This document shows, one piece after another, positions 1 to 9,507 of a DNA stretch of 54,154 nt; position 1 is the stretch's first letter; every line of letters starts with the position of its first letter. Origin of the DNA: a virus; the IMG/VR virus record IMGVR_UViG_3300009838_000002, positions 1 to 54,154 of that record. One strand, given 5' to 3'. The notes below the pieces were generated by a model. It made no database searches, was not told the DNA's origin, and saw nothing but the letters and a program-made list of their open reading frames with translations. The position numbers were made by a program, and so were the translations under genes.

Positions 1-123
1 CGATGTCGTTATCCTGAACCCCGATAAATGGATTTAGAGGAAGATATGTCCTGGCTTGGTTTATCTGCTGCTTGCGAGACACTTCGTCCGCCCACTTTCT
101 GAACTCTGGATCGGTTTTATGGA
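1..123. repeat. Terminal direct repeat, left copy (identical to 54032..54154); indicates a circularly closed 54,031-bp genome
   Basis: cgatgtcgttatcctgaacc...tcggttttatgga at 1-123 recurs base for base at 54032-54154; the repeat lies inside an open reading frame. Confidence 0.95.
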
Positions 124-2359
124 GTTGATCGTATAAGGATGGTCCGCCAAGCAGGATAGCGGGAATAGATGTTATTTTTATTTTTCTTGCGTCTTTCAGT
201 ATCTCTTTTATGGGAGTTCCTTTTTCAAGGTGTTCCCGAAGATACGGCAAAACCTTATCCCGAACTTCTTTTTCCGGGACGTCGAATCTCTCGTATGCCT
301 CGCTAAGAAAGTTATTTACGGCGGCTCTGTTTTCTGCTAGTGTTCCTTTGATCTTGCTCAACGGAGAGATAATGTCGGAGAGTGCAAGAGTCTTTGTTGC
401 GGGAATTTTTGCCTTAGTCTTTTCAATAAGAGACTTGACACTGGATTTTTCTATATTTTTCTGAGAAATTCCATGCTCCACTTCTGATACCTTGCTTGCA
501 TGTCTAATGTTTGCCTGAGTTTCGCTTCTATTAATAGGAGAGTTGGCGGAAATTGTCTTTATTTTATTTATCGCATCAGAAGGTGTTTCTGGTAACTTGC
601 TCTTTGGAATTTTGGACGCGACTTTAGCAGGAGGCTTAGGTTCCTGTTCCGCAAAATACTGTGCAAATTCCTGATCCTCTTTGGCCTTGCGAGCCCTTTT
701 CTTTATATTTTTTTCAACAGCCTTCGCGATTGAGTCTTCTTCTTTGGAAGCAAATTGTTCTGGCTTTATGGCTTCCGGTATTGACTTCCCCTTCTTGACT
801 CTGGCGGCGGCCTCTACAAGTTCCGACTCGGGAAGTTTGGCGGCGGCCTGCGATAGTTGAAGTGCCTCTTGGGGCGTTCCCCCCGCTTCTCTGAAGCCGA
901 TCAAAGGGATAGGGTTCTTAGGAACTACTCTGTCAAACGCCTCTGCTTCGTCGTGTATCTTTTTGACGTATGGTTCAAACTGAAGGGCTCTCGGGTTGTG
1001 TCCGGCCAACTCTGGGGCAGGGGCTTGAACATGAACAGACGGCGCCGTCGGCCTCTCCGCAAGCTGAAGCCCTTTCTGCCAAGGAGAAGGTATCCCGCGA
1101 ATGACAGAAGGCGCTTTGGGGGGTGTTCCAAGCGGCCCCGTTCTCTCGGCAAGAGAAAGGCTCTGAGAGATAGGGGCGGCAGGCGCAGAGGGTTTGGCAG
1201 GGAAGGGAATAGCCCTCGTAATTCCTGCTTCTGCGTCAGTCGGGAATGGAACTTCTGGAACTCTCCGGGGGGCAAGCTGAAGAGTCTCCTTGACTTCGGG
1301 CGTCGCTTTTGCCAATTCCTCTGCGATGGCAGGGGCTTCTTTTGCTGTTGAAGCGGCGGCCTTACCTTTTCCAAGAAACCCCGGAAGGCCAAGAAGGGCA
1401 AGGTTCGCAGTTCCCTTTAACATTCCGAGAGGAGATCCGGCCAACGATGCGGCGGCAACGTCTTCGACGGCTGGGCCGATCATGCTGGCGTAAAGCGCGT
1501 CTGGAATAGCCGCTACAAACTCCTGCGGAGATCCGGGCGGAATGAGTTTCTTGGGAATTGTATTCAAAACTGGCGCTTCGGCCCATTTCCTTGCCGCTTC
1601 AAGTGGAGTGGAACGAATGTCTTTCTTCTTTTCCTCTTCTACCGATCTCCAATAAGGCGCAACGTCCAAGTAGCCCTGTGGCTTGACAACCGGAAGCCCC
1701 ATAGCTGTTTTTGGGACTCCTTTTGGGAAAAACGGCTGAGACAGAATTTGCTTTGCCTTCTTGAAGTCGGGATCCATGAATTGCGGATGTTCGATCAACA
1801 ACTGAATGGGCGACAAGGCCCCATGTTCTTTTACGGCCCAGTCATGATCTTCCATCGCGTCATTAAGAAGTTCTTTGTTTTCTTTTTTCCTTAGCCAGTA
1901 TCGCAGTTCTCCGACTCTCTCCGGGTGCTTTTTCATCGCATCCACGGCGCCTTTTGTCAGCAGTTGCGGCCTTGCGGACAGATAAAGCCATGCGTCTCTT
2001 GACTCGGGAGGAGATGACTTGGCGGCGTCAACTAAGTCCTGGACGTTGTAGTCCAGCAGGGGCTTATTTATGGTTCCAGTTGCCCCTCCCGACTTTATAG
2101 AGGCTATGGACGGAATAGTTGTTTCCGTGGGAAGATGAGCCTTCGCATAGGGTTCCAAGTTCTGCTTGAGTTCTTGCTGGAATACTCCAAGGCTTTGTTC
2201 GGAAGACAAGGATCCGCCGAGGATGTTGGGATTGGATTTTGGAGATGGAATATGCTTTTCTACGATCCCTATGCCTTCCGCAAAAGGATCGTTTGAAGAA
2301 AGAGACTGCTTCGCATTTCCTTTTTCTACTTCTGATATTCCTTCTGCAAAGGGATCCAT
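1..2359 (-). CDS. Large virion-module protein, 5' part (816 aa once the circle is closed); function unknown, putative internal/ejection protein
   Basis: ATG at 2359 with AAGGAG 4 nt upstream. The frame stays open to the window edge, so it is absent from the ORF track. It continues in frame via 54031 to TAA at 53942-53940 (2448 nt). Confidence 0.8.
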   Translation of the reverse strand, partial: MDPFAEGISEVEKGNAKQSLSSNDPFAEGIGIVEKHIPSPKSNPNILGGSLSSEQSLGVFQQELKQNLEPYAKAHLPTETTIPSIASIKSGGATGTINKPLLDYNVQDLVDAAKSSPPESRDAWLYLSARPQLLTKGAVDAMKKHPERVGELRYWLRKKENKELLNDAMEDHDWAVKEHGALSPIQLLIEHPQFMDPDFKKAKQILSQPFFPKGVPKTAMGLPVVKPQGYLDVAPYWRSVEEEKKKDIRSTPLEAARKWAEAPVLNTIPKKLIPPGSPQEFVAAIPDALYASMIGPAVEDVAAASLAGSPLGMLKGTANLALLGLPGFLGKGKAAASTAKEAPAIAEELAKATPEVKETLQLAPRRVPEVPFPTDAEAGITRAIPFPAKPSAPAAPISQSLSLAERTGPLGTPPKAPSVIRGIPSPWQKGLQLAERPTAPSVHVQAPAPELAGHNPRALQFEPYVKKIHDEAEAFDRVVPKNPIPLIGFREAGGTPQEALQLSQAAAKLPESELVEAAARVKKGKSIPEAIKPEQFASKEEDSIAKAVEKNIKKRARKAKEDQEFAQYFAEQEPKPPAKVASKIPKSKLPETPSDAINKIKTISANSPINRSETQANIRHASKVSEVEHGISQKNIEKSSVKSLIEKTKAKIPATKTLALSDIISPLSKIKGTLAENRAAVNNFLSEAYERFDVPEKEVRDKVLPYLREHLEKGTPIKEILKDARKIKITSIPAILLGGPSLYDQLHKTDPEFRKWADEVSRKQQINQARTYLPLNPFIGVQDNDI

Positions 2360-2360
2360 G

Positions 2361-3677
2361 TTACTCCTTTATGATGACATTTCCTTTGTCGCGTGAAACA
2401 TAAACAGCGGCGTCTATTTGAGCGGGAGTCCAGTTGGGCTTTCTTTTCTTTACTGCTGCCCTTGCCTGATCCATTGTGAATATTGGAGCGCCTGTTATTG
2501 GGGTTCCACCGACAATCCTCTCTCCGACTTGCGATTGATCCGCTGGAATACCAGGAGGAAGGGGAGGGGATTCTTGCGGATATGAAGGAGTGGCCTTGGG
2601 GACTTCAGGAACTCCTTGGCGTATTTTTTTAACCAAGTCCTCAAGAGCAGGAGAAGTATATGGAGACAACTTGGCTTCTGCATCTCCCAGCGCCTCGTCA
2701 ATAGAAGGAGAGGCGTCTATAAGAGCAGCCAATTTAGCGGCTATTTCTTTTTGTTGCTTAGGCTTCAAAGAAGGGTTTTTCTGAAGGCTTGAAAGCACGG
2801 ATATTTGCTGTTTTATTTTTTCTCTGTCTGCCTTCAGCGACTCAATAGACATCTTGGCCTTAACTATTGCCATCTGGTCGAATGGCCGCGCAATAGCTTC
2901 TTCGGCTTGAAGCTGAAGCTGTTCCATTTTTATAACCAAAGACTTTCCTTTAACTTCCAAGTCTCCGGCATGTCTGGCGTTGGCCTGGGCCTGCTTAAAT
3001 TCTTCCCGGCTCATCTTTCCTCTCTCAAGTCCCTCCATAAGAATTTGTCGAGCAGACGTTGTTTTATCTATGGCCTCAAGGCGTCCAGCGATCTTGTCTT
3101 TTTCTATTTTTTGCCTCATAATTTCTCTCTGAAGTGGGATCCCTTGTTTTGTCATGTTCTCTCTCGCCATCGCCATTGTATTGGACGCGAGTTCAGGGTT
3201 GTTTCGATAAACAGACTCTATGTATTTTTGCTCCTTCGGATCAATTTTAGCCCCTGAGTCTATTTTAAAGAGATAGTTCTGAAATGCTGGAAGGGCATGT
3301 GGGTCTATTGGTTTTGGAGCGAGTCCCGCCTTCTGTGCCACCTGCTCGGGGAATTGCTGTTCTTGGGTCTCCGAAAGGGGAAGCGGAGTCCCCTTCATGG
3401 CGGCTCTTCTTGCGCCTCTCATGTAGAGGTATTTCATGTAGTCCTGATATGCCTGAGCCTTTAGGGCATCTTGTTGTGGCGCGACAGGGGGTTGCGGGGT
3501 AGGCACCTGTTTTTGTATAGGCGCGGGCATCTGAGGAGCGGGTTTTGCGGATTGCGCGGGAGTGACCTGAGGTTTCCCCTGAGATCCTCCTCTCATGGCA
3601 AAGTCAGCAAGTGTTCTCGCGAACCCAATAAGGTCGGGAGCATTTTGGATCGGCTGTCCGAATTGGTCAACTGCCAT
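2361..3677 (-). CDS. Hypothetical Q/P/K/A-rich coiled-coil protein, putative internal virion protein
   Basis: ORF 2361..3689; ATG at 3677 preceded by GGTGGAGGAA; overlaps the upstream gene end by 11 nt; sits in an unbroken same-strand virion gene string. Confidence 0.6.
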   Translation of the reverse strand: MAVDQFGQPIQNAPDLIGFARTLADFAMRGGSQGKPQVTPAQSAKPAPQMPAPIQKQVPTPQPPVAPQQDALKAQAYQDYMKYLYMRGARRAAMKGTPLPLSETQEQQFPEQVAQKAGLAPKPIDPHALPAFQNYLFKIDSGAKIDPKEQKYIESVYRNNPELASNTMAMARENMTKQGIPLQREIMRQKIEKDKIAGRLEAIDKTTSARQILMEGLERGKMSREEFKQAQANARHAGDLEVKGKSLVIKMEQLQLQAEEAIARPFDQMAIVKAKMSIESLKADREKIKQQISVLSSLQKNPSLKPKQQKEIAAKLAALIDASPSIDEALGDAEAKLSPYTSPALEDLVKKIRQGVPEVPKATPSYPQESPPLPPGIPADQSQVGERIVGGTPITGAPIFTMDQARAAVKKRKPNWTPAQIDAAVYVSRDKGNVIIKE

Positions 3678-4047
3678 AATTTCCTCCACCGAATATATTC
3701 ATAAGTGCCGCCAAGGGATTTGTCTGCGCCTGTATTGGTTGACCCCAAGGGCTTACCTGTTCTTTTGGAGCGGACTGAGCTTGAGGATGAGCCTGTTGAT
3801 AAGCCGGAAGCCATGTTTTACTGAAGAAGTCCTCAAAAGTGGGATCCTGCTCCTGAGTCCAATGAGCTTCGTCCGTCGCAAACTTCTGTTCCTGCAAATT
3901 CTGATAGTCCTCCTGAGTCTTCGCTATTCTCTGCTGGTATTGTTGCTGAGAAATGGCTTGCATAAGGGCCAAAAGCTGATCCGAGAACGAGGGCTCGGTT
4001 ACGACCGTTGTATCTCCTCGAATGATATTTGGATTGACTTGCGGCAT
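3667..4047 (-). CDS. Hypothetical Q-rich protein (126 aa)
   Basis: ORF track; ATG at 4047; tightly packed in the same-strand string. Confidence 0.55.
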   Translation of the reverse strand: MPQVNPNIIRGDTTVVTEPSFSDQLLALMQAISQQQYQQRIAKTQEDYQNLQEQKFATDEAHWTQEQDPTFEDFFSKTWLPAYQQAHPQAQSAPKEQVSPWGQPIQAQTNPLAALMNIFGGGNYGS

Positions 4048-4060
4048 TTAGATCACTCCT

Positions 4061-4945
4061 TTAAAGTCCGAACAAAGAAAGAAGCGGCAAAAGGGTGGAT
4101 ATAGGGTTGCTTGACTGCTGTTGAGTCACAACATTCGTCCCGGTTGCATAGGTAGGCGTAGTATATGGCGCCATTCCAAAAAGCTGAAGCGCATACTGAA
4201 GCGGCTTGTTGGCGGTTTCCTGATAGGTATTGTAGAGGTTCTGCATGGCCCCGGTTCCTGCCGCTCCTGCGCCCTGGATCATTCCCGGCATGGCAAGCGC
4301 GGCCTGCGATCCCTGAGACGCCATAGACGGGAATAACGACTGAAGGAATTGCTGTTGCTGTTGAAGCTGACTCATTCCCGCATTTGCAGTCGTCGTTTGA
4401 AGGTTCGTCCCGAGTTTCTGCGCCTCGTTGGCTATCAGTCTCCCCATGTCACTTGTCGAGGCCCCAAGTCCTCCGTATTCTGCCATTCCCCTATCAATGG
4501 CGTCCTGCATAGACTGTTGCCCTTGTCCTTTGGCCGCAGATATGACGCTCTGGACGGCGGGATTTGCCATCGGATCGTATCCGGCTATTTGCTGGTTCAC
4601 TTGGTCGGAGATGTTTCCCGCCGTCCGTCCCGTCATAAGGTTAAACAAGTTGGCGTTGGCGAATGGCTGCATCTGGTTTAGGCCAGAAAAAAGCCCTCCC
4701 ATTGTATTCGTGAAGCCCTGATATGAATTGGTGAGTTCCGAAGGAAGAAGAGGAGTTGCATTAGACGCCGAAGTAGAGGGCCATCCATAGGTTCCTGCCC
4801 TTGGATCAGATCCTGCCGATGGAGTCGAGGCAGGCAGTTGTCCTTCTGGCAATACTCTTGAAGTTGGAAGTCCGTTTCTGCGCCGCGAAGGGGTGTAAGT
4901 TGATGTCGGGTTATAAGATCCGGCTGTCTGGGGGTTTATACACAT
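4061..4945 (-). CDS. Hypothetical Q/G/N/T-rich low-complexity protein (294 aa)
   Basis: ATG directly follows the TAG of the upstream gene (GGGGTGAAGTAGATG). Confidence 0.6.
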   Translation of the reverse strand: MCINPQTAGSYNPTSTYTPSRRRNGLPTSRVLPEGQLPASTPSAGSDPRAGTYGWPSTSASNATPLLPSELTNSYQGFTNTMGGLFSGLNQMQPFANANLFNLMTGRTAGNISDQVNQQIAGYDPMANPAVQSVISAAKGQGQQSMQDAIDRGMAEYGGLGASTSDMGRLIANEAQKLGTNLQTTTANAGMSQLQQQQQFLQSLFPSMASQGSQAALAMPGMIQGAGAAGTGAMQNLYNTYQETANKPLQYALQLFGMAPYTTPTYATGTNVVTQQQSSNPISTLLPLLSLFGL

Positions 4946-5377
4946 CTACTTCACCCCTTTGGGAGCGTTCATTCCGGCCAGAAGACTTGCAAAATCTGCG
5001 TTGGCCTGGTTCGCTCCTGGAATTAGCGCGGCGATGTCGGAATACGCGGGATTGAGTTGCCATCCCTGTCCTGCCGCCGCCGCCTCTGACTGCCCTACAA
5101 GGTTGGGCCAAGTGGTATTCGAAGTTGTTGCTTCCCTGGGAAACTGCCCCCATTGTCCGGAGGGGGCTGCCTGTCCGGTGGTTGCCTGCGGAAACATACT
5201 CCATCCTCCGCCAAGATAAGGACCCGCCTGTTGAAGCGCGGATCCGACTTGCCCGAATAGTTCAGAGAAAAGCGGAGTCATCCATGAGGGATATTGGATC
5301 TTGTTGGGATCCATATTGAGTTCCTGAACGCTTGCCGGAACCTGGGTAACTGTCGGCTGTTGCTGTCCGAGGCACAT
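4946..5377 (-). CDS. Hypothetical Q/G-rich protein (143 aa)
   Basis: ORF track; ATG at 5377, 1 nt after the upstream TAA, with GGAGCTGG upstream. Confidence 0.55.
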   Translation of the reverse strand: MCLGQQQPTVTQVPASVQELNMDPNKIQYPSWMTPLFSELFGQVGSALQQAGPYLGGGWSMFPQATTGQAAPSGQWGQFPREATTSNTTWPNLVGQSEAAAAGQGWQLNPAYSDIAALIPGANQANADFASLLAGMNAPKGVK

Positions 5378-5378
5378 A

Positions 5379-5786
5379 TTAAACCAGCTCCTTTTCGACT
5401 ATGTAAGCTGTAATTTTGTATCCATCGTGATCGTGCTGCTTCCCCTTGCATTTGCAGATACCGCGAACCAAAGAGACTCCGCGAACCATAAGCCATTCCT
5501 CTGAGGCCCGGAGAAGTTCTTCGTCTCGAACATCTGTGGAGTATCTGTCAAAACAACCTACGAGTTTTCCGCCAGGATCGTTCCCGTAGGAAACAAAGGA
5601 AAATTTTGTCACTTCGTCGTCAACAAGGAAAGAGGAAATGGCATCCATCCCGGAAAGCATAAGGAAGAGGCGCTTTTTGTAGTCCACTCCAGACTCAAGA
5701 ACCATCTTCCCGCGAGGGGTTTCATGGAACTTATTTATGAGTTCCAGGAGCAATGGAATGTCTTTTATTTCAACTTCTCGTATCAT
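5379..5786 (-). CDS. Hypothetical protein (135 aa); weak GNAT-like N-terminus only
   Basis: ORF 5379..5801 begins with GTG; the ATG at 5786 has an AGGAGA RBS; N-terminus IREVEIKDIPLLLELI. Confidence 0.5.
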   Translation of the reverse strand: MIREVEIKDIPLLLELINKFHETPRGKMVLESGVDYKKRLFLMLSGMDAISSFLVDDEVTKFSFVSYGNDPGGKLVGCFDRYSTDVRDEELLRASEEWLMVRGVSLVRGICKCKGKQHDHDGYKITAYIVEKELV

Positions 5787-5793
5787 GTCTCTC

Positions 5794-6339
5794 CTATCCA
5801 CTCACGATGAGTTTCCAGTTATAGACTCCGAAGGCGTCTTTCAGGCAGATATAAAGAATGTCCGGAGGCCCGAGGAGTTTCATCATTACTCCGTCATAGG
5901 TTGCTGATGCGACTGGAAGCGCCGCGACTCCCCATAGCTGAAATGCCTTTGCGCTTGAAATTCCATTGGCGTAGAATATCTCGTTTGTCGTCCAAGCAAT
6001 AGGAACTCCCGCACCGGGCAGAGCGAAGTCTATCTGAATTTTAGAAGCCACAATGGTTATCAAAAAAGAGGGAACTGCGGCGTCTATCTGAACCCACTGC
6101 TTTAATTCGTTGACGCTGGCATTGAACGGTATATAAATAGCCGTAGGCGTGTCTCCTGTGGTTTCCAGAAGAACCTCTGGTATGTTATTATTGGCCGAGT
6201 TTGCCATTGAATTGAACGTATTTACGAAGTCCTGAAACCATAGATAAAATGAATAAAGCCAGTTCTGAATACTCGGATCCAGCATTGAGAAAAATGGCAT
6301 CTCCGGCATCGGCCTTAATTCCTGTATCGGATCGATCAC
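5794..6339 (-). CDS. Hypothetical virion-module protein (181 aa)
   Basis: GTG start in a GTGA overlap with the stop of 6336..7922. Confidence 0.55.
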   Translation of the reverse strand: MIDPIQELRPMPEMPFFSMLDPSIQNWLYSFYLWFQDFVNTFNSMANSANNNIPEVLLETTGDTPTAIYIPFNASVNELKQWVQIDAAVPSFLITIVASKIQIDFALPGAGVPIAWTTNEIFYANGISSAKAFQLWGVAALPVASATYDGVMMKLLGPPDILYICLKDAFGVYNWKLIVSG

Positions 6340-7922
6340 AGGTTCACCCTCCAGACTTCCCCTCTGGGCAAAACTCTGATAAGATACCGAGAAATTACAA
6401 ACGGCAAATGAGAGGTGTCGTTGGAAAACTTCAGCCCGATGGTTCTTCCGGTCCCGCTGAAGGAGACTCTGTTCCCTCCCATAAGTGGATAAGCCGCGCC
6501 AACGTCTGTTTGAATTTGTTCTACATAGTCAATGGAGTCATCGGAATTTGCGAACTGGGCCGTTATATCTATGACTCCCTTCAGGTGAACGTCAACGGCG
6601 TCCATCTTGGCGTTGTCTCCTCCAAAGTAGAAAACTTTCGACTGGTAGTGCGACTCTATCAGGGTATCCCAGTCAAGAACTTCGGCGAAGTCAACCTTCA
6701 CGACATATTTTCCGGTCCCTAAACACATGGCCTCCGCTGTCGCTGGCCTTGTGGCATCCCACGTTTCGTCGTCCATATACCACGGCTGAGTGTCTTCATC
6801 CCAAGTCGGGGCGGTTGTTTGGGAAACCGTCATATTGCACACGGTGGCCGGCTGAGTCAGTCCCCCGGTCCCCGCAATGGAGTCGTGCAGTTCAAACCTG
6901 TCCCATGTATTGTCTTGGTAGTTCCAGATAAAGCCCTTTTTGTATGTCGTGAACAGCCAATATAATTTGTTGGTTTTGTCGTGATAAGACGTGCAGTATT
7001 TAGCCAAAGTGGGATCTATTTCATTGAGGTATTTCTTGATCGGATCACCTATAGGAGTCGGGTTCTGTTGTCCAGTAGTGATCCAGTAAACATTCTCGAT
7101 ATTTCCCCCGAGGAAGGCGTGTCCTCCCTCGATGAGTTGAATTGAGTCAGGAGAGGCACTTCCCTTGTCGGTGCAAACGGTTTGGCGCGGGAAGTATATC
7201 GGGTATCCACCTTGGGAATAGGAAAATATTTTTCCCTGCTTGTAAACGAGTAGGCTTTTCCCCAACGCCTTCATTCCTGTCGCCGGAGTGAAGTCGTCAA
7301 GCAGATCGTCAAATCCCCACGATCCATTCGTAAAGTCGGTATAAGCCCTGTAGTTAGACCACATTACTCTCATTGTGTTCCAGACGGCCGGTGCAGTCTC
7401 AATGTATGCAAGCCAAAGTCTGTCGGCCCACACACACATAAGGGCGGCGCTAATAGGAGCCCCAAGCAATAAACTCATCGCGGCACAAGGGTTGGCTATG
7501 TTTCCATCCCATTCAATTATTCCATCGAGTCCGTTTGTCCATAGGTATCTAGAAGGAGCAACAAACCACTCTGCCGACTGCGGGGCATAGGGGCCGGATC
7601 CGGTAAGAGTTGCCGTAAGCGCAACCCACGTCGCTCCTACTGCGTTGTAGGCGTAAATATCATCAAGCGCGACAGCGGCAATAGGACGGGAAGAATAGAT
7701 GGTATTGTATCCTATGAAGTTTGGCGGCGCCGGAAGGACTGTAGGGATCGCAAGCCTATACCCCGGCCTTGTCCTGATCCTTCCATGTAGGCATAGAGTA
7801 TTCAGCGAGTCGGGAGACTTGTTGAGTGCGATCTCTGTGGGAATTCCAAGAGTGTCCAACCCCCCGCCGGGGTTTGGCACGTCATAAGGAACCCTTAGAA
7901 TTGTGTTCTTGACTGCGTTCAA
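6336..7922 (-). CDS. Putative tail structural protein (528 aa)
   Basis: Long ORF directly downstream of the fibre gene; TTG start 1 nt after the upstream TAA, with GGAAGGGA upstream; function assigned by position only. Confidence 0.5.
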   Translation of the reverse strand: MNAVKNTILRVPYDVPNPGGGLDTLGIPTEIALNKSPDSLNTLCLHGRIRTRPGYRLAIPTVLPAPPNFIGYNTIYSSRPIAAVALDDIYAYNAVGATWVALTATLTGSGPYAPQSAEWFVAPSRYLWTNGLDGIIEWDGNIANPCAAMSLLLGAPISAALMCVWADRLWLAYIETAPAVWNTMRVMWSNYRAYTDFTNGSWGFDDLLDDFTPATGMKALGKSLLVYKQGKIFSYSQGGYPIYFPRQTVCTDKGSASPDSIQLIEGGHAFLGGNIENVYWITTGQQNPTPIGDPIKKYLNEIDPTLAKYCTSYHDKTNKLYWLFTTYKKGFIWNYQDNTWDRFELHDSIAGTGGLTQPATVCNMTVSQTTAPTWDEDTQPWYMDDETWDATRPATAEAMCLGTGKYVVKVDFAEVLDWDTLIESHYQSKVFYFGGDNAKMDAVDVHLKGVIDITAQFANSDDSIDYVEQIQTDVGAAYPLMGGNRVSFSGTGRTIGLKFSNDTSHLPFVISRYLIRVLPRGEVWRVNL

Positions 7923-7923
7923 A

Positions 7924-9468
7924 TTATAATCCCTTCCGAAGAATGAATCCGTTTACATAGACCAATGCTGTTGCTGTTACCTCTCCGCCCACCCTTCCAT
8001 AAAGCGTTCCCGACAAAAGTGGTATCATTCCGCTTCCGTATCCATAATTATTATTGGACGCATCAACCGGAACTCGTGCGTTTATCTGGCTCGCAGATGG
8101 AGTATTATTATTGTTCAAGTCAGCCCAAGCCTGTAATGTTCCTCCGGCAAGCCTGTAGGCTTCAAGCGTGAAAATTCCGCAGTCTCCTATCGCCGGAATG
8201 GCCGCCGAATAGGTAATGGCGGTAAAAGCCCCAGAATTTATCGTTGGAGCGCATGTCTGAGGATCGTCATAGATGGACGTATAGTCAACTTGATTAAATG
8301 GAATAAAGTTGGAATATCCGTCGTTTCTTGCCGCCCCAACAAGGGTATAGTAAGTAAATCCAGAAGGTAGTGTTGGAACCAAACTTGCCGATATTAGCGA
8401 TGCCCACGTAGTAGTAACTGGGTTGTAGATAAAAAACAGGTAATACCACGTGTTTGGCGCTTCAGACCCTGTATCCAAACCATTGGTTCCCGACACCTCT
8501 ATATCTGCAGTCAGGGCAAGACTAGGAGTATTTGCGACACTATTAAGGAATACCTGGTTTGACGCAAGAGAAATCTCGTGCGCGGAGGTAGTTTTTATCC
8601 TGAGTCCATTTACTACCGGGGCGTAGTTAAATATTGGAAGCGCAAGAGGCTTAAAAATAGCGTTCCCCGTGGCGGTGTCCTTTGTTAGAAGATCCTCATT
8701 CCCGGCCCCGGCCACGGAGGTTAGCGAATCAATGGCGTCCTGCGCCGTGGTTTGCCCCGTTCCTCCTCTCGCTATTGAGGTAACGGGAATAGTCTGCATA
8801 GTAGGCAAAGCTCCGGCCCCGTTGGAAGTCAAAACCTGCCCTGCGGTTCCAAGAGAAGCTATGGCCTGAAGCACTCCTGTTCCCGTAGCTCCTCCGCACA
8901 GAACAGCATAAGGAGTAAACGCCCCGACTCCGGTTCCTCCTCTTGAAACGGGAAGATAAGACGTTGGATCTATCTGTTCGTACTCAAGACTCCAGATGGT
9001 GTAGTCCACCGGTCCCGCCCCAGCCCCTCCATAAACCGCCGAGAGAGTAAGTTCGCCGTCATTGACAACATTAAGGACTTTGTAGGTTGTTCCCGGAACG
9101 GCGTTTATTTTGAATAAGTCGTCTTTTGCTACGGTCGAAAGCCAAGCGGTTCCAGCGCCAATGACGGTTGCCGATCCGTTTACCACCGTCGCGTGTCCCG
9201 CAAAGGCCGCCGGGTTCGCAAAGTATCCCGCCTTGGTGTCGGTAGTAAAGATATGCTGTCCGTCTGGAGGGGCTACTGGGGCCAGGGCTTCCGCGACATA
9301 ATACGTTCTGGAGGCCGCCGGTTTGTGAAGGCAATCAGTTGCCGCCGCGCCAGGGAAAGTATGTTCCATGTCAAGCGCGGTATCGAGGTATGTTTTGTCA
9401 TACCTGTTCTGCGCCGGGAAGATGTTCTTCGCCGAGGTGTCGGTGGGTTTACTTAAATCCCAAGCCAT
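7924..9468 (-). CDS. Tail fibre / receptor-binding protein (514 aa)
   Basis: Repeated fibre-type motifs VSRGGTGVGAF and IARGGTGQTTAQDAIDSL; AAGGAGGAC RBS at 9472-9480. Confidence 0.65.
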   Translation of the reverse strand: MAWDLSKPTDTSAKNIFPAQNRYDKTYLDTALDMEHTFPGAAATDCLHKPAASRTYYVAEALAPVAPPDGQHIFTTDTKAGYFANPAAFAGHATVVNGSATVIGAGTAWLSTVAKDDLFKINAVPGTTYKVLNVVNDGELTLSAVYGGAGAGPVDYTIWSLEYEQIDPTSYLPVSRGGTGVGAFTPYAVLCGGATGTGVLQAIASLGTAGQVLTSNGAGALPTMQTIPVTSIARGGTGQTTAQDAIDSLTSVAGAGNEDLLTKDTATGNAIFKPLALPIFNYAPVVNGLRIKTTSAHEISLASNQVFLNSVANTPSLALTADIEVSGTNGLDTGSEAPNTWYYLFFIYNPVTTTWASLISASLVPTLPSGFTYYTLVGAARNDGYSNFIPFNQVDYTSIYDDPQTCAPTINSGAFTAITYSAAIPAIGDCGIFTLEAYRLAGGTLQAWADLNNNNTPSASQINARVPVDASNNNYGYGSGMIPLLSGTLYGRVGGEVTATALVYVNGFILRKGL

Positions 9469-9478
9469 TTAGTCCTCC

Positions 9479-9507
9479 TTGACCTTTAAAGGTTCTTGTG
9501 TTATAAT
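9479..9507 (+). promoter_or_regulatory. Sigma70-type promoter for tnpB: TTGACC-N17-TGtTATAAT
   Basis: -35 at 9479-9484, extended -10 TGTTATAAT at 9499-9507, 17-nt spacer containing the 12-bp palindrome ACCTTTAAAGGT (9482-9493). Confidence 0.55.

Noticed and set aside
857-1586. Arg-rich ORFs on both strands (164, 158, 74 aa and others)
   Set aside because: They lie inside the 816-aa gene, whose frame is continuously open. They are compositional artefacts of a P/A/K-rich coding segment.
7924-9468. Possible diversity-generating retroelement targeting the fibre gene
   Set aside because: There is no reverse transcriptase gene, and no template/variable repeat pair was seen anywhere in the genome.
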